This document shows positions 25,575-38,140 of a stretch of DNA of 64,000 nt, one piece after another; positions within the stretch are counted from its first letter, which is position 1, and each line of letters begins with the position of its first letter. Source of the DNA: Antedon mediterranea. Taxonomy: Eukaryota; Animalia; Echinodermata. The position numbers and the translations under genes are program-made. Where the stretch lies: NCBI RefSeq assembly GCF_964355755.1, contig NC_092675.1, forward strand, positions 10,783,812-10,847,811, read 5' to 3'. A model generated the notes under the pieces. It did not search any database and was not told where the DNA came from. It saw nothing but the letters and a program-made list of their open reading frames with translations.

Positions 25575-25905
25575 ATTATTATTATTATTATTCACTTTTA
25601 TTTCAAATATCAAAAAATTGACCAAAATTACAACTCGTGGCTAAGAGCCAAATTGCGTGTAAAATACATGTCATATCAAAAATATAAATATATATAAAAA
25701 ATATGAAAAAAAAAAAACAACAAAGAAGGGGAGAGCAGTCGCAAACTAGCAGGGGAAAAAATTAAGAATTCAGTAATTTGATGAAGTAGGGTATAGGGCT
25801 ATTGGTATATCTGGATGTTTTAGACAGTAGCTGGGTAATTTTGTTTTTATTTCTTAAATTCCTACCATGACAGCTATGTCTGGTCGGTGGGATTAAATCA
25901 TAAAT
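25575..25905 (-). mobile_element. LINE 3' end (CR1-group)
   Basis: ORF end ...SKTSRYTNSPIPYFIKLLNS*, then aataaa and a (taa)n tail. Confidence 0.65.
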
Positions 25906-26693
25906 TATATTATATTTCATTAATGAACTTTACGGTAAATGAAGAGTAAGTATCAGTTAATATGAATAATATAACTAGTAGGTCTATGAAGTTGCGTCCA
26001 GACACAGAACTGTGACATTACTATCATAAATGTTGAAACCACTTATAAAACCTTTTTTTAAAGAAAATATAATTGTGTTAGGAGAAGGCTAATAAACAAA
26101 TAGATAATGTACAAACCTTTTTCTGGATTAATTAATGGAGCAGGCGTTCCTAATAATCTGCTGCTGCTACCTAGACTGATTGTTCACCTTCTGACGATAA
26201 TTGATTGGACCCTCCACGGCATCTGATAACCAACAAAAAATGTACCAGGACTGTTTCAATGATTTAATATCTGACGGCGTATTATTATAACATTGGCCTA
26301 GATTGACAGTCAAAAGAAAGTTATTGTAAATACCTCCCTTTATGTTGACAGAGCCAAAATAAAGTTTTGACCATTATCGAATGATTATTTGACAGTGATT
26401 TATTATAATACCAGCCTGGTTGACAGCAAAAACGAAGTTATTATTTATTGAACAAGATTTTACAGATTTCCGTCTACATCTCAATAATACTGTATTATCA
26501 GCAAAGGCTTTCATATAGACTCTCTTCTCCCAGACGTTTTTTGGGTCCAGCAGCTACCTATAAATTATAGTCGAGTTTCCAAATTCACAAAACTGTCAGC
26601 CTTAGATACTAAAGCTACCGCTATGAAACAGCTTATTAATGAATGTGTCCTCCTGGGACATAGCTGGCTAGAGCCGCGGCGCGAAAACTAAAG

Positions 26694-27114
26694 GTACGGT
26701 AATTTATAGAGGGTGCTATGTAAGATAGATGTTATTTCCTCACTTGTACCTGCATGAAGTCATGTCTCTAGAGGGTATTCAGTTGCATGCCTACAGGTTG
26801 AGGTCACACACACAGCACATTAAAGTTCAAAATTGACCATTTTTAAATGGGCATGTGATTCATAATTAAAGAACTAGCTTTTTGATTTGTATGTACTTTT
26901 TCGATTAAAGGACATCTTTTTAATAATATACCTGAAGAAAGAACAATGATTAATTTTAAAATGTCAAGCAGCATTTTTTCTAATAATAAGAAATATTTCT
27001 TGTTTAGTTTTTAATTTAAGAGAGATTATAGAATAGAGGGTAGGTTTTTAATATTTAGGAACGAGTTTTATATTTAGGTACGAGGTTTAGGTATGCAATT
27101 TATAATTACCGTAC
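26694..27114. mobile_element. Short-TIR MITE
   Basis: gtacggtaatt ... aattaccgtac; subterminal tagagggtgc and tttagg repeats as in the 55028 element. Confidence 0.6.
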
Positions 27115-28019
27115 GTACCTGTCACACCAAAATCGTACCAGTTTTGGCTGCCAAAATCAGTCCGGGGGACCTTTTATGGCTGCCAAAACTTGTCCGGCCT
27201 GGATAAAATCGGTCCGGGCAGTAGGACTGATTTTGGCCGCCTAATATGGTCCGGTCTTACAAATATATGGTGCGCAAAATGAGTTATAATGTATATATCA
27301 TTAAAAAAAAAAGCCATGATTAGTCATTATATTGAAAACTACGGGGTTTTATTTGTTATTTTAATATTATAAATTAAGCCTGTTTTTTTTATTGTCATTA
27401 TTAGTAGTAACTCATCAATAATTAGTACTAATTGTTTGCTTTTTACAATATGTATCTCTGCCTGTTTTTAATCCATTTTGTTCTTTTTTAACATCTTTGT
27501 TTCCCCATGATGTTAAAAACAATTTAATTTATTAATTATTTATGGTTAATCAATCAATATTAAGATTTTATAGTTATAGTGAGAATAAAAGCCTATACAT
27601 ATAAGATGGTTCTGATTAATGTGTGAAAAAAGCATTTGACTATATTCATTTTGACATTATGTAGCCTAAACTAAACATAATTGATTTTGAATCCATCAAT
27701 TGCTTTGAATTGTCAAGGGAGTGGTTGAAATAAATGGGGGTAACATCACATGAATTGGGGCGTCTATTACAATTTTCTTTTTCAATTTATAAATTATTTT
27801 ATATCTATCTATTATGTCTAATTGTTTTTCGCAACTTTTGTATATATTATTTGAATAATGTTTACAAATCTAAATGTATATTGTAAACGTAATTAGATTG
27901 GGTGCGATATAGTTTCGCAGTAATAACATACCAGCGGTCCTATATATAACTTGGTTTATTCAAAGTGTTTCAATGATCGAGGAAAATTGACTACTACTAC
28001 TACTTTTTTTGTATATAAT

Positions 28020-28285
28020 TTAATTTCCACAAGTCCACGTGACATAGTGGCAACAACAACATTATAAATTTAGTTGCTGCTTTGCTTATATCTCGGATTG
28101 CTTTCCTCCAGTCCTGTCTGTTCTCTGCTATTCTCCGAATCGTTTCTAGGCTATATCTTTTATGCTTTTGATCCTAGGGAGTAGTGCAGTTGATGATTGT
28201 TTATGAAGGGTGATCAGGTCGTTCGATAGAGTTACCAGTATAGTGTGGATCGTGGTCGTCCTCTATACTTTTGTTGCTTACATTT
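28020..28285 (-). mobile_element. RTE-clade LINE 3' fragment
   Basis: RGRPRSTL ... LETIRRIAENRQDWRKAIRDISKAAT*. Confidence 0.65.
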
Positions 28286-28728
28286 TTCAAAATAATAGTT
28301 TTGCTTTATTGGCTGGGACTTCCTTTTGCAATCTGAGGGTGTGACCGAATAACCGCCATCTCGATTCCAAAATGTCCAAAATTCACAAATATCAAAATTT
28401 GAAAAACAATTATTACGATGATGAATGACTTATAATATAATAGAAAAATAATAACAAAACAATAATTATAAAACCCGGTGAATTTATTGTAAATCATATC
28501 TGTATGCCGATATTTTTGTAGGACAATTACTTTTTTAATCAGTAGAAACATTGAACAAAAACTTAAACTTAAAACAATCTTAAAACATGTAGCAATATAA
28601 TATAATGCTACCTTAGTAATAGGCATAAGTATGGTATTAAAAAACCACTGGTGCCGTGATGTTAAAGGTTGGGCAGAATACGTCGTGCCTTTAAAGATTA
28701 AAGAACACCTTACAGAGCTCTTAATTAA

Positions 28729-28841
28729 TAGAACAAGGCCAACAGCCATTAAGTCGCGTGCTACAATGCATAGTGATACCGGACCGACAGACAGACCGAC
28801 CGACATAGTGAACTATAGAGTCGCGTCCACGCGACTAAAAA
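28729..28841 (+). mobile_element. Short Helentron-associated element (HINE)
   Basis: subTIR aagtcgcgtg, (gaca/gacc)n, hairpin agtcgcgtccacgcgact, then aaaaa. Confidence 0.75.
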
Positions 28842-29128
28842 GTGTCAAAGATGTTATCACTATTCGTTTTGAGTTGTGAAGATATCAGTATGTGTAAGTG
28901 TCAACATTCAGTAAATCAAAAATATGTTTTATGATGATTTTGTTTTATTTGAAAAATCCTAAATTGACACATACTCTGTGCTTCTTAATATTATTTATAA
29001 TATCCTAATTTTAGCCTCAAACGATGGTAGATAGTCAGTGTCTACTTTTAAACTGATATACTGTAGCTTACACTCTTATCCTTTTAATTTTCGTTATATT
29101 TTACTACATATTTTAAAATCACTTTAAT

Positions 29129-29171
29129 CAGGGAAGAGTGAAATTGAAATTGTATTTTCAATTCTTCCCTG
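29129..29171. mobile_element. 43-bp hairpin micro-element with 7-bp TSD
   Basis: ctttaat|cagggaaga...tcttccctg|ctttaat. Confidence 0.75.
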
Positions 29172-29230
29172 CTTTAATGATGATGGTTCAATGTCTTCAA
29201 AATTATAAAAGGCAAGCAAGTCAATATACG

Positions 29231-29320
29231 TTTTAGTCGCGTGCAACGCAACTCTACATCTCACTATGTCGGTCGGTTGGTCGGTAAACACTAACTTGAG
29301 CACGCGACTTCAGCCATGTA
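29231..29320 (-). mobile_element. Second HINE copy, inverted relative to 28729-28841
   Basis: ttttagtcgcgtg...tcactatgtcggtcggt...gcacgcgactt. Confidence 0.7.
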
Positions 29321-29430
29321 AATGGTTAACCTAACTTTAAAAGCAACACAAACATAAAAGAAAAACAGTGTGTCTACATAAACTCTTTACAGAGCCATAC
29401 TTTTGGAGCAAGGGGGACACTGGAGATGTT

Positions 29431-30220
29431 TCACAAGATGTCAGCAGGTGGTCGATTCTGTGGAAGATAGTTCAAACAGCTTGTGATGAATGGAAAGTCG
29501 AATGTTCTCAACACTGGAGGAATTTGCTTTCTCTCCTCATGCAGTTCTTGATAAATGTCAAGGATCATCGTCCTGTTCTTGTGTTTCAAAAGGTCTCTTT
29601 GTGATGTCAGAAGATGACGTACATTTCTCACTGTTTAGTAACATTTCTGGGCACATGTATTCTGGGGTAGGCCTACAAAGTGACATGAATCCCACTATAG
29701 TTGTTGACGCAGCACCACATGACTTCATCCTAGCACAACCGAGGTCACACAGTTTTGGTACAAACTTTTTGTCTAAAAGAATGTTATGTTGGCGGGCTTT
29801 ATCCTGGTGTATTATCTGAGGACTATGCTTGTGTGTAAATACGAAACACCTACAACACCAGTTGCAGCAACTGCCACTTTCCTATTTCGTGTTTTGCCAA
29901 TAGATGAATTCAGTAATGATAGACATAAATGATGCTCCAGAGGCAAATTCCAATGAACTTTTCAATATTCTTGTGTGCGAGTTGTTGGTCTATTTGAGGC
30001 TCCCTTATAATCCGCTTCTTCGGACGCTTGCCCTTTCTCAACTTCACTTTCTTTACGGCAACATACTCATATTGGTACATTCCCTTGAATACTTCTCCAA
30101 ATGAGCCCTGAGCAATAGTCTTCTTGTAATCACAATCAAGATGAGATGACTTTATGGTTAGAGGGGTGGAGAATTCTAGGTTGTTTTTAACAGGAACTGT
30201 TGCGCCTGGTTTAAAATCTC
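29431..30220 (-). pseudogene. Decayed intronless protein kinase (TKL-like)
   Basis: Manual translation: IAQGSFGEVFKG (~30085-30117), VAVKK, LAHKNIEKFIG, IIHQD...NILL, KLCDLGCAR, TPEYMCPE, SSDI, SCLNYLPQNRP; frameshifts and internal deletions. Confidence 0.85.
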
Positions 30221-30344
30221 TATAACTTCTCTCACAATCACATCACATTTGCTGTCAGCTTACACTTAACAGTGGCAAAAGCCAGGTTTGTCAACCACAT
30301 ATACACTCCTCCTGAATACACAGACTGGCCATCCCATTTGATAG

Positions 30345-31938
30345 CTGGGGCGGATCCAGAGGGGGGGTCCACGGGGTCCGGACCCCCCCTAAATTTTAAG
30401 GGTGCCCTTTTTTTAGAGGTTCAATATTTTATTCGTGTGACATATTTGTGTGTATATTAGTATGCACAGATTAGGCTACACTAACCCCAAAAATAAAAAC
30501 AGAAATTTATCACAATGAGCGCGATGTTAAGTTACGGCGGCCGATCAAAGAGCATCGTGAGAGGTGGTGACGCGTGATGATCTCTACTTAAACTTCTAAA
30601 AATAGATCGTTTCACATACTACAGAGGGCGCATGTAAACTTTTTACGATTCAACTCCGCGTACGTTACCATGCGCGCTATGTCATTGACGCGATTATATG
30701 TCCATTGGTAAACACAATTTTATGTATCATTATTCTGAAAATAATTGAACTGTAAACATAATTCTTTTGAGTATTTGTTTATTTACATATCATTCCATCA
30801 GATCCACTATTTTTTATTTCCATTACATCCAACCAAACATGTAAAAAATGTAGTTAAAATATCGTACTATCTAGCGCGTACGACCATACGCGGTAGATTG
30901 TTTACTCAAAAATCATCGAACGGTCCTTACACTATTCAACCTTGTTTTTGTAGTTGAGCCTCTCATGACCTGGGATTTGTTTGTCTTCCTACGCCAAGAT
31001 AATATAGTTCTACAAGCCATGTGCTTTTTTCTCTGAGAAATATTTATTATAAGTGCCAAAAAAATGTTTTTTTTCTCGATATGAAGCCTTTATTATTCAA
31101 ATCTTTTAAAGAAAAATCACACATACGTACCATAAAGAAGGTTCATTTATTTCATTTTTGAAACAATATTTGTGAAAATTACGTGAGGCTCAACTACAAA
31201 ACCACCATTTTGTGATATGATGTCATCGTAAGCCAATCAAAGCTGAGCTTTCCCGTGATCGGCAGAGCTCACGGTTGAATGATTTTTGATTCTGGCTATT
31301 TGATTGGTGGACGCGAATCACCCACAGCGGAATGTTTTCTCTCGCGTGTACCAAGAAGTCACGTGATCTCTCTGTACTGAAACGGTACTACACAAATTCA
31401 GAGCAATGAATTTGTACAACTCTATATATTTTATAAACATTTAATAACATATTTTATTGATATTTCCAATGTTGATATATAAAAGAAATTACTATAAAAC
31501 GTAATTATATGTAATTATTTTACCGAAAAATGGCGCAATTTGTTTACAACGTTCGTGGCTAAAAACGATCATTTTCGGCAATGTTTTAGACCCTATATTT
31601 CGAAAACTACAAGTCCGATTTTCGTAATTATTTCTTTATTGGAATATTGAAACAAAATACCAACAGATAATGTTTAAATTGGTTGAAAAATAACAACTTT
31701 TAATTTTGCATCGTTATCCTTGCTAATAAAGTGTCATTTCCGGCGAACTAGAAAGGTGCCATTTATCATGGATTTTGCGTGCGAGAATGCCATTTCCGGC
31801 CATCTAAGTGTGTCCTGTAACAAAATTCGCTTCGCCACAACCCCCACCATGGGGGGCCTGTGGCTCAAATACTCAATATCTGATGTGCCCTTTTTATCGG
31901 CGGACCCCCCCTCTAAAAAATGTCTGGATCCGCCCCAG
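30345..31938. mobile_element. Non-autonomous hAT-like element with 5-bp TSD
   Basis: Perfect 16-bp TIR ctggggcggatccaga / tctggatccgccccag, flanked by gatag / gatag. Confidence 0.85.
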
Positions 31939-32044
31939 GATAGAGAGTAGTAGTATAGACTAGAGCCAGTCTAGCTCATCAGGTTGTCAACAAGCAGGTC
32001 ACATGTCAATGTGCGCACACGTGGTTCATGGTTCAATTACACGT

Positions 32045-32291
32045 GTGACGTATACAAGATAACGCGTACGTATGAGTTATTATCTCGTACGTACAAGATA
32101 ATAACTCGTACGTATGAGAAAATAACACGTACGTACGAGATAATAACTTGTACGTACGAGAAAATAACACGTACGTACGAGATAATAAGTCGTACGTACG
32201 TGATAATAACGCGTACGTACGAGATATCTAAGTCGTACGTACGAGTTGTGGAAGCTTTTTTTTTTACATATGTCCCCAATGGGGCTTCGTA
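32045..32291 (-). mobile_element. Terminus of an IS3EU-like DNA transposon with ~21-bp subterminal tandem array
   Basis: About nine units of cgtacgtacgagataataac(t); terminus reads TACGAAGCCCC on the minus strand, resembling the TATGGAAAGCC end at 53756. Confidence 0.55.
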
Positions 32292-32745
32292 ATATATCAA
32301 TTCAATACAATTATTATAAAACAATTATCCAATATTTAATAGGTTGAGGAAGGAAAAGGGCTCAATCATAAATATTTTGGCCCTGTACCGGACCATATTT
32401 ATCGTATCGTGACATACCTTTAGTTTTTAAAAGTATGGATCGGTACCGTATCTTTTTAGGCACGGACGGCGTATATTAAACCCAGGGTCCAGGGAGTTGT
32501 TATTCAACTCCTGTTAACTACAGTGGCCTACTGCTTTTTGGATAAATTCATTTTATTTTCAGTCTCTTTGTTGCAGGCCCACATGATGGAAGCAGGCCTA
32601 GGCTACCTAATACTATGGTTTTGAACAAAAACAAAATGTTTTTGTACTTACCTTTTGAATTACCCTGGGTGAATAAGGAAAGAAAAATATACATAAGGCA
32701 CATTTATCATGCTATGATTCGAAACGTGACAAAATTCAGAACTAA

Positions 32746-33252
32746 TCCGGGACGATTCGGCCCGGCCCGGGACGATTCGGCCCGGCCCGGGACGATTCGG
32801 CCCGGCCCGGGACGATTCGGCCCGGCCCGGGACGATTCGGCCCGGCCCGGGACGATTCGGCCCGGCCCGGGACGATTCGGCCCGGCCCGGGACGATTCGG
32901 CCCGGGACGATTCGGCCCGAGACGATTCGGCCCGGGACGATTCGACCCGGGACGATTCGGCCCGGGACGATTCGGCCCACTTTTGGTGAGACGATTCGGC
33001 CCACTTTTGGGCCAAAACATCCACTTTTTTGACAATTGTGGGCCGAAACGTCTCACTTTAGACCAAATCATTTTCATTTTTTTTGTATTTATCAAGGTGT
33101 TTAACAATCCGTATTTTATTGATATTGACAATATAATATATAAAATAAATTACTAAAAAAACGTAATTTTATATTCAATTTATTACTTCGAAAACTTTGT
33201 TTATTTCCCGTGCATTCGCCAAGCGGCCAACAGAGGGCGTAACTTGTTTACA
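32746..33252 (+). repeat. MITE end with expanded GC-rich array (7 x 20 bp gacgattcggcccggcccgg, then 15-bp units)
   Basis: Exact 20-bp period at 32751-32890; the downstream flank is homologous to 1345-1590. Confidence 0.9.
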
Positions 33253-35424
33253 TCGCTAACATTTTTAGAACGGGAACAATATTGAGTTTTTATAAAGAAA
33301 AGGCAAATAAAATGTGGTCAGATAAAGTGGACTGTAACAATTTAGCAAGGTATAAAAGTAACGTTTATAAAATTGATATTTAGGTAAAGTTAAATATAAT
33401 AACTATTTTTGGATTGCCTGAAAGAGGTAAAAAGAGTTATAAAATAAAAGAATTCTGTGCTAATTATACGTAAATTGTCATTGAGCACTGGGCAATAGTG
33501 CATCAGAGGTTTATTTACGTGGTGCACTTAAAGTAATGTAAAATGTATAAAATAGAGGAAAATAATTTTTTCTTTCCTTACTATTATATATATACAGTAA
33601 ATGCATTGGTATAGGAGTAAGATATAAGATGTATTGAAAGTTATTTATTATTGCCAGTTGTATTGTATTGTAATATTACCATTGTAAACGAACACATCTT
33701 ATTGGTGAAGAAATAAAAGTGTGTCGAACCTACAACATAAAACAAACAAAAAAGATTCCACTTCTATAATTGTTTTCTACAAGCTATACGATGTAATAGG
33801 CCTAATTTAAAATTAAATTGGGCGACTTTTGGTAAATGTTTCATATTGTGAACTTTACAGTAGGCCTACCATGTTTTGTCCCAGTCTATTTCATTGTTAC
33901 CCCATCTCAACTTCGGCCCACTTTGCTTGTATATTGGGGAGTTTAGCAACCTTGCAAACAGCTAGACAATTTATTCACTAAAAATTAAACATTAGGAGGA
34001 ATTTTTTATTTTTATTGTAAATAATATTTAATGAAAGCATGAGATACTAGATCTACCATCAGCATACCTCTCTCAACACGTAAAAAATATTAATGACTAT
34101 ATATGAGACACAGACGTCTGCATGACTAGGCTATTGTATATCTGTAAATTTGTAAGTTTTATAATAATTATTATTATTTGTAATGATATCCTGTATTTTT
34201 GTTGTTGTGTATTTGTTTTAGGCCCCTATTTAGGCTACTTGTTTCGTAGTAAGATATATTGTACAATTTGGGTACGGACGTAGGCCTATTATATTTTCAT
34301 ACATTAATTAATTAGTTTACATTTTGTTTTGATGTTATTTATTTAGAACTTCGTGCCTTATGTTTGTAATTTTGTATGTAAATTGGATGCACCATTAACT
34401 GATAAATGTGTGCCATCGATAAAGGTGATTCCTATTAATAAATATATAAAAAATAAAAGCGACCACGTGCCAGTCCAGCATCTCTGGACATTGTTGTTTT
34501 TCAAAACAGATTATTTCAGCCTGTACAAATTAAGTAGGGATGTCACATGAAAACTTGCACATTAGTGGATTATACATTGTTACAGATTTGCACATTTGAG
34601 TTTGCACAAAAGTGGTGTTTTTTCAACATGTTTGCACAATGTGGTTGTTTGCACAAGTGACTTTTTGCACATTTCACGGCTCAAACAATGCCATCAAAGT
34701 ATGCCAAGGAGAAAAGAAAACATTATTTTTTTTCTATGGAAGTGATTAATTTGATTAAAAGTACAAAATAACATATTCAAAGTCTGATTTAATTAATCTT
34801 CATTTTTCATGTTTTTGGGGGAACAACAATACAAAGAATCACACCCGGCTTTTCATATAAATTCGACCACCTCTCTCGGCGGCCGATTAGCTAGCCGCAG
34901 ATTAGCCGTTGTAACACACGCCCGCTGTAGTTTCTTATTTCCTCAACCCCCCATCGATATTTAAAATAGGAGGAAAACAAATAATGTGGCCGGTTTGATA
35001 TTGTTGTTGTGAGAGAGAGAATAAAGAGAGAAGATCAGAAAGGCCCCGCGATATGATGCGTAGATGTCCTCTTATTAATATTAGGCTAGGCCTAGGCGCG
35101 ACTATCATAAACAATCATTTTGATTAGGCCTACCTACGGTAAAGTATAAATTTTAGTTTAAAATAATCATAATGTTTTAAAATAACAGTAACACTTCAGT
35201 AAGGCCTAGCCATTTATTTGAGTTTCCTAGCCGCGCCTAGATAGATGATAGGTCACCGACAGTGCATTTCGGCCGCCAGTTATGTTATGGAACGACCAAA
35301 TTCATGAAACGCCAAAAGGACCAAATATGACAAGTTCATTTCGGCCGCGGCGTTATGTATGTATACATTTTTAATATTTGTACTAGGAGGCTTAGGCCTA
35401 GCTATTATGCCTATATAATTTTTA

Positions 35425-36166
35425 CGCCGTGGTTAGGATTCCGGCACCGGAACTCAACTGCCCAGCGTTAGGGAATCCGACACGCTATTGCGCATGCCCA
35501 GATCGAGGTAATCGGCGACTCTATACTTCAACAGCGATGGATCATTTCATAGCTACTAGCCTAGATGCCTATAATACGGGATCCACTAATCTAGGCTAGG
35601 GCTACCAGTTAGACGTGACCAGTGGGGCCTATTTATTTTGTAATTAAAAAGTGGTTGCTTCATTCATATATAAACTTCATATCATTATGAATTATATAAT
35701 TACATGACTAGTTTATGATTTTTCATAACGCATTATACTGTACGGTACATAACAACATGCAATCACAAGTTGATTTGTTGACGGCAGCAACCGCGTGGAT
35801 GTGAAAAAACTGTTCGGGAAGTCAGGGTCGCAACGCTAAAAACAGCATTACGATTCTTAGATAGATACTGATACTTATTAATATCATTATGATTATTTTA
35901 ACGCGTTGCGTAGTATTATTTTAATTATTAATTCATTCATGTATGGCATAGGCCAAGTTTCATCCATCGCTCTCTCGCTCGCGCAACGACTATCTAGGCT
36001 ACAGTAAATCCCTATAACACTCCGACTCTCGGCGGTGGTGTGGTGTGTGTGGCACTATTAGCGCAAGCTATAATTCACTTCCCAGAGCTCTGGGCATGCG
36101 CCATAGCGTGTCGGATTCCCTAACGGTGGGCAGTTGAGTTCCGGTGCCGGAATCCTAACCACGGCG
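35425..36166. mobile_element. MULE-type MITE
   Basis: ~77-bp TIR cgccgtggttaggattccggcaccgg...; 9-bp TSD taattttta. Confidence 0.92.
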
Positions 36167-36310
36167 TAATTTTTATTATATCATCCTTTTTTTAAAGTTT
36201 GATGAGGAACAGACAATCGGGCCCAAACCGTGAGACGATCGGGCCCAACAAGGGTTTAAGACGATCGGGACCAGACACAATTGGGGCCCAGACGATAAGG
36301 CCCAACAAAT

Positions 36311-37077
36311 GATTTCGATCCAAGTCGGCCCTAAACCGGGCCGACGGCCAAAGTCAAGTCGACCCCAAGTCCATGGAACGCAAAAAGTGCAAATGAAGGG
36401 GATTGATAAAATAATATTTCATCACAATTTTTTAACTATGAATAATTCTGACTTTTAATGAATATTAATATTTAGACAATAATATATTTAGCAAAAAACA
36501 TAGGAATGATTTCACCAACTTTCCTTTATTTACGTTTAATAAAATTTCAAATTGCACAATTGAAAACAATTCGTAGCTGCGCCTCCCCCTGCGTGTTTGG
36601 CAGCTTTTTCGATATCTACAACTGCTATGTGTTTTCGCTTACCGGGGGATTCCCCTTTTTTAAAAACGCAAATCATGGACAAAAACGATATGTACGATCA
36701 TTTTTTCTATGGCCAAATGGTGGAACGTAGGCCTCCGTCTTTGATTTACTAAAATGCGGTACCTGCACGTGTTTTTGTAACACGCGGGTACTTCTATTCA
36801 TATCGGCAATGAGTTCATTTTTTTATATGATATTATTTAATTATATTATATTTTTTATTTTCTTCATTTTTTTTAAAGAGTGGATAGTAATTAAATCATA
36901 ATAATATTAAGTACTTTTTGCGTTCCATACTTTATTGTGGCCGAGTTGACCGATTAGTTTTTGACCGAGTTGACGTGAGGCCGAGTTGACGTGGGGCCGA
37001 GTTGACGTGGGGCCGACTTGACGTGGGGCCGACTTGACTTTGGCCGAGACGGTTTGGGGCCGACTTGACCTGCACCC
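36311..37077 (+). mobile_element. MULE-type MITE with 15-bp subterminal arrays, nested in another MITE (~36210-37765, gacgatcgggccca repeats)
   Basis: 9-10 bp TSD (c)ccaacaaat; ggccgagttgacgtg tandem units. Confidence 0.85.
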
Positions 37078-37861
37078 CCAACAAATAAGACAATCGGGCC
37101 CAAATCGGTCACGTTTTATTTTGGTCGCAATAAAAACAACTTTTTGCCTTTTTTATCATATCGGTCGTGTTTTTTAAATCGATTGGGTTTTAATTTTTAT
37201 TGCTTGTATTTGGCGCACTAAATACATTTTCGTGATCATTATACAATAACATTTCGTTTATATCAGGTAGGCCTACTGTAGATTATATATTTTACAGTCT
37301 GGATATTTTTAGACGATGAGTATTTGTTATGCTAATCATATAAAGAATGTCTCATTGGTAATAAATACTCTGTTACTATATTAAAACTATTCTTACAATG
37401 ATTTTCAAAGAGAACACATTCACAAACTTGTTGCAACCTGTAAAATAAATTGAAAACAAAAATTATATACATTAGGCCTAAATAAACATTCATCTCTTAT
37501 ACATAACGTAACATTGAACAGAACCATTTACAGAGTTTTAAAAACTGTTCAATTGTTAAAATTGGGAAACGTTGAAATGTATCTAGCCAGAACATAGGCC
37601 TAACGCCTGACAGAAATAAAACGTGAACACAATCGCAAAAGAGTATCAGCCATGCTTCGTACCGAATATTTATCGGAACCAAAATAAAATGTGATCGATT
37701 TTACCATATTCAACACCATACTATCGGCCCTTGCGCTAAGATGATCGGGACCAAAATGATTCCTAACACATTAGACTAATCGTCTGACAACCACTATTAG
37801 ACTATTGATTAGGGCTAGGCCCTAGGCCTAGGTAGGCTTATATAGGCTAGGCATATACCCT

Positions 37862-38140
37862 TTTCACATCTGCAAAAAGTAACAACTTGTAACCAGGTTT
37901 GCATAATATAGTGTGAAGACAATTTTGTGTGACAATTTTTTGTTCCGAGATGTTCCGAGTTCTTACTGCGTGCGCACATGTATTGCCCTGGTATTAACTG
38001 ACCATTCATAGTAATCAAATAGCGTGCAACTATTTTTCACAAGGGTCACGTATGCGTGTGTGAAAACATGCAATAAATCTGGAGATCAAACCTGGTTTAC
38101 GACTTGTTACAAGTTGTAACAATTTATGCAGATGAAGAAT
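37862..38140. mobile_element. Degenerate MITE
   Basis: catctgca...acaacttgtaaccaggtttg vs caaacctgg...ttacaagttgt...tgcagatg. Confidence 0.5.

Larger units (their letters stand above)
27120..32414. mobile_element. Possible Ginger-like element (TGT...ACA, 4-bp TSD) hosting nested insertions
   Basis: tacc|tgtcac ... gtgaca|tacc; subterminal aatatggtccgg (27243) vs ccggaccatatt (32388). Confidence 0.45.

Noticed and set aside
28306-28806. 166-aa hydrophobic ORF
   Set aside because: Starts inside a HINE microsatellite; T-rich composition and no recognisable motifs
31984-32324. ORFs with TRTYEII repeats on both strands
   Set aside because: Translation of a 21-bp non-coding subterminal array
32490-32513. 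Fourth CAGGGAG micro-hairpin
   Set aside because: Short and imperfect, with no readable TSD
32615-33131. Four overlapping repetitive ORFs (PGPNR/RDDSA)
   Set aside because: Artefacts of a stop-free GC-rich 15/20-bp array
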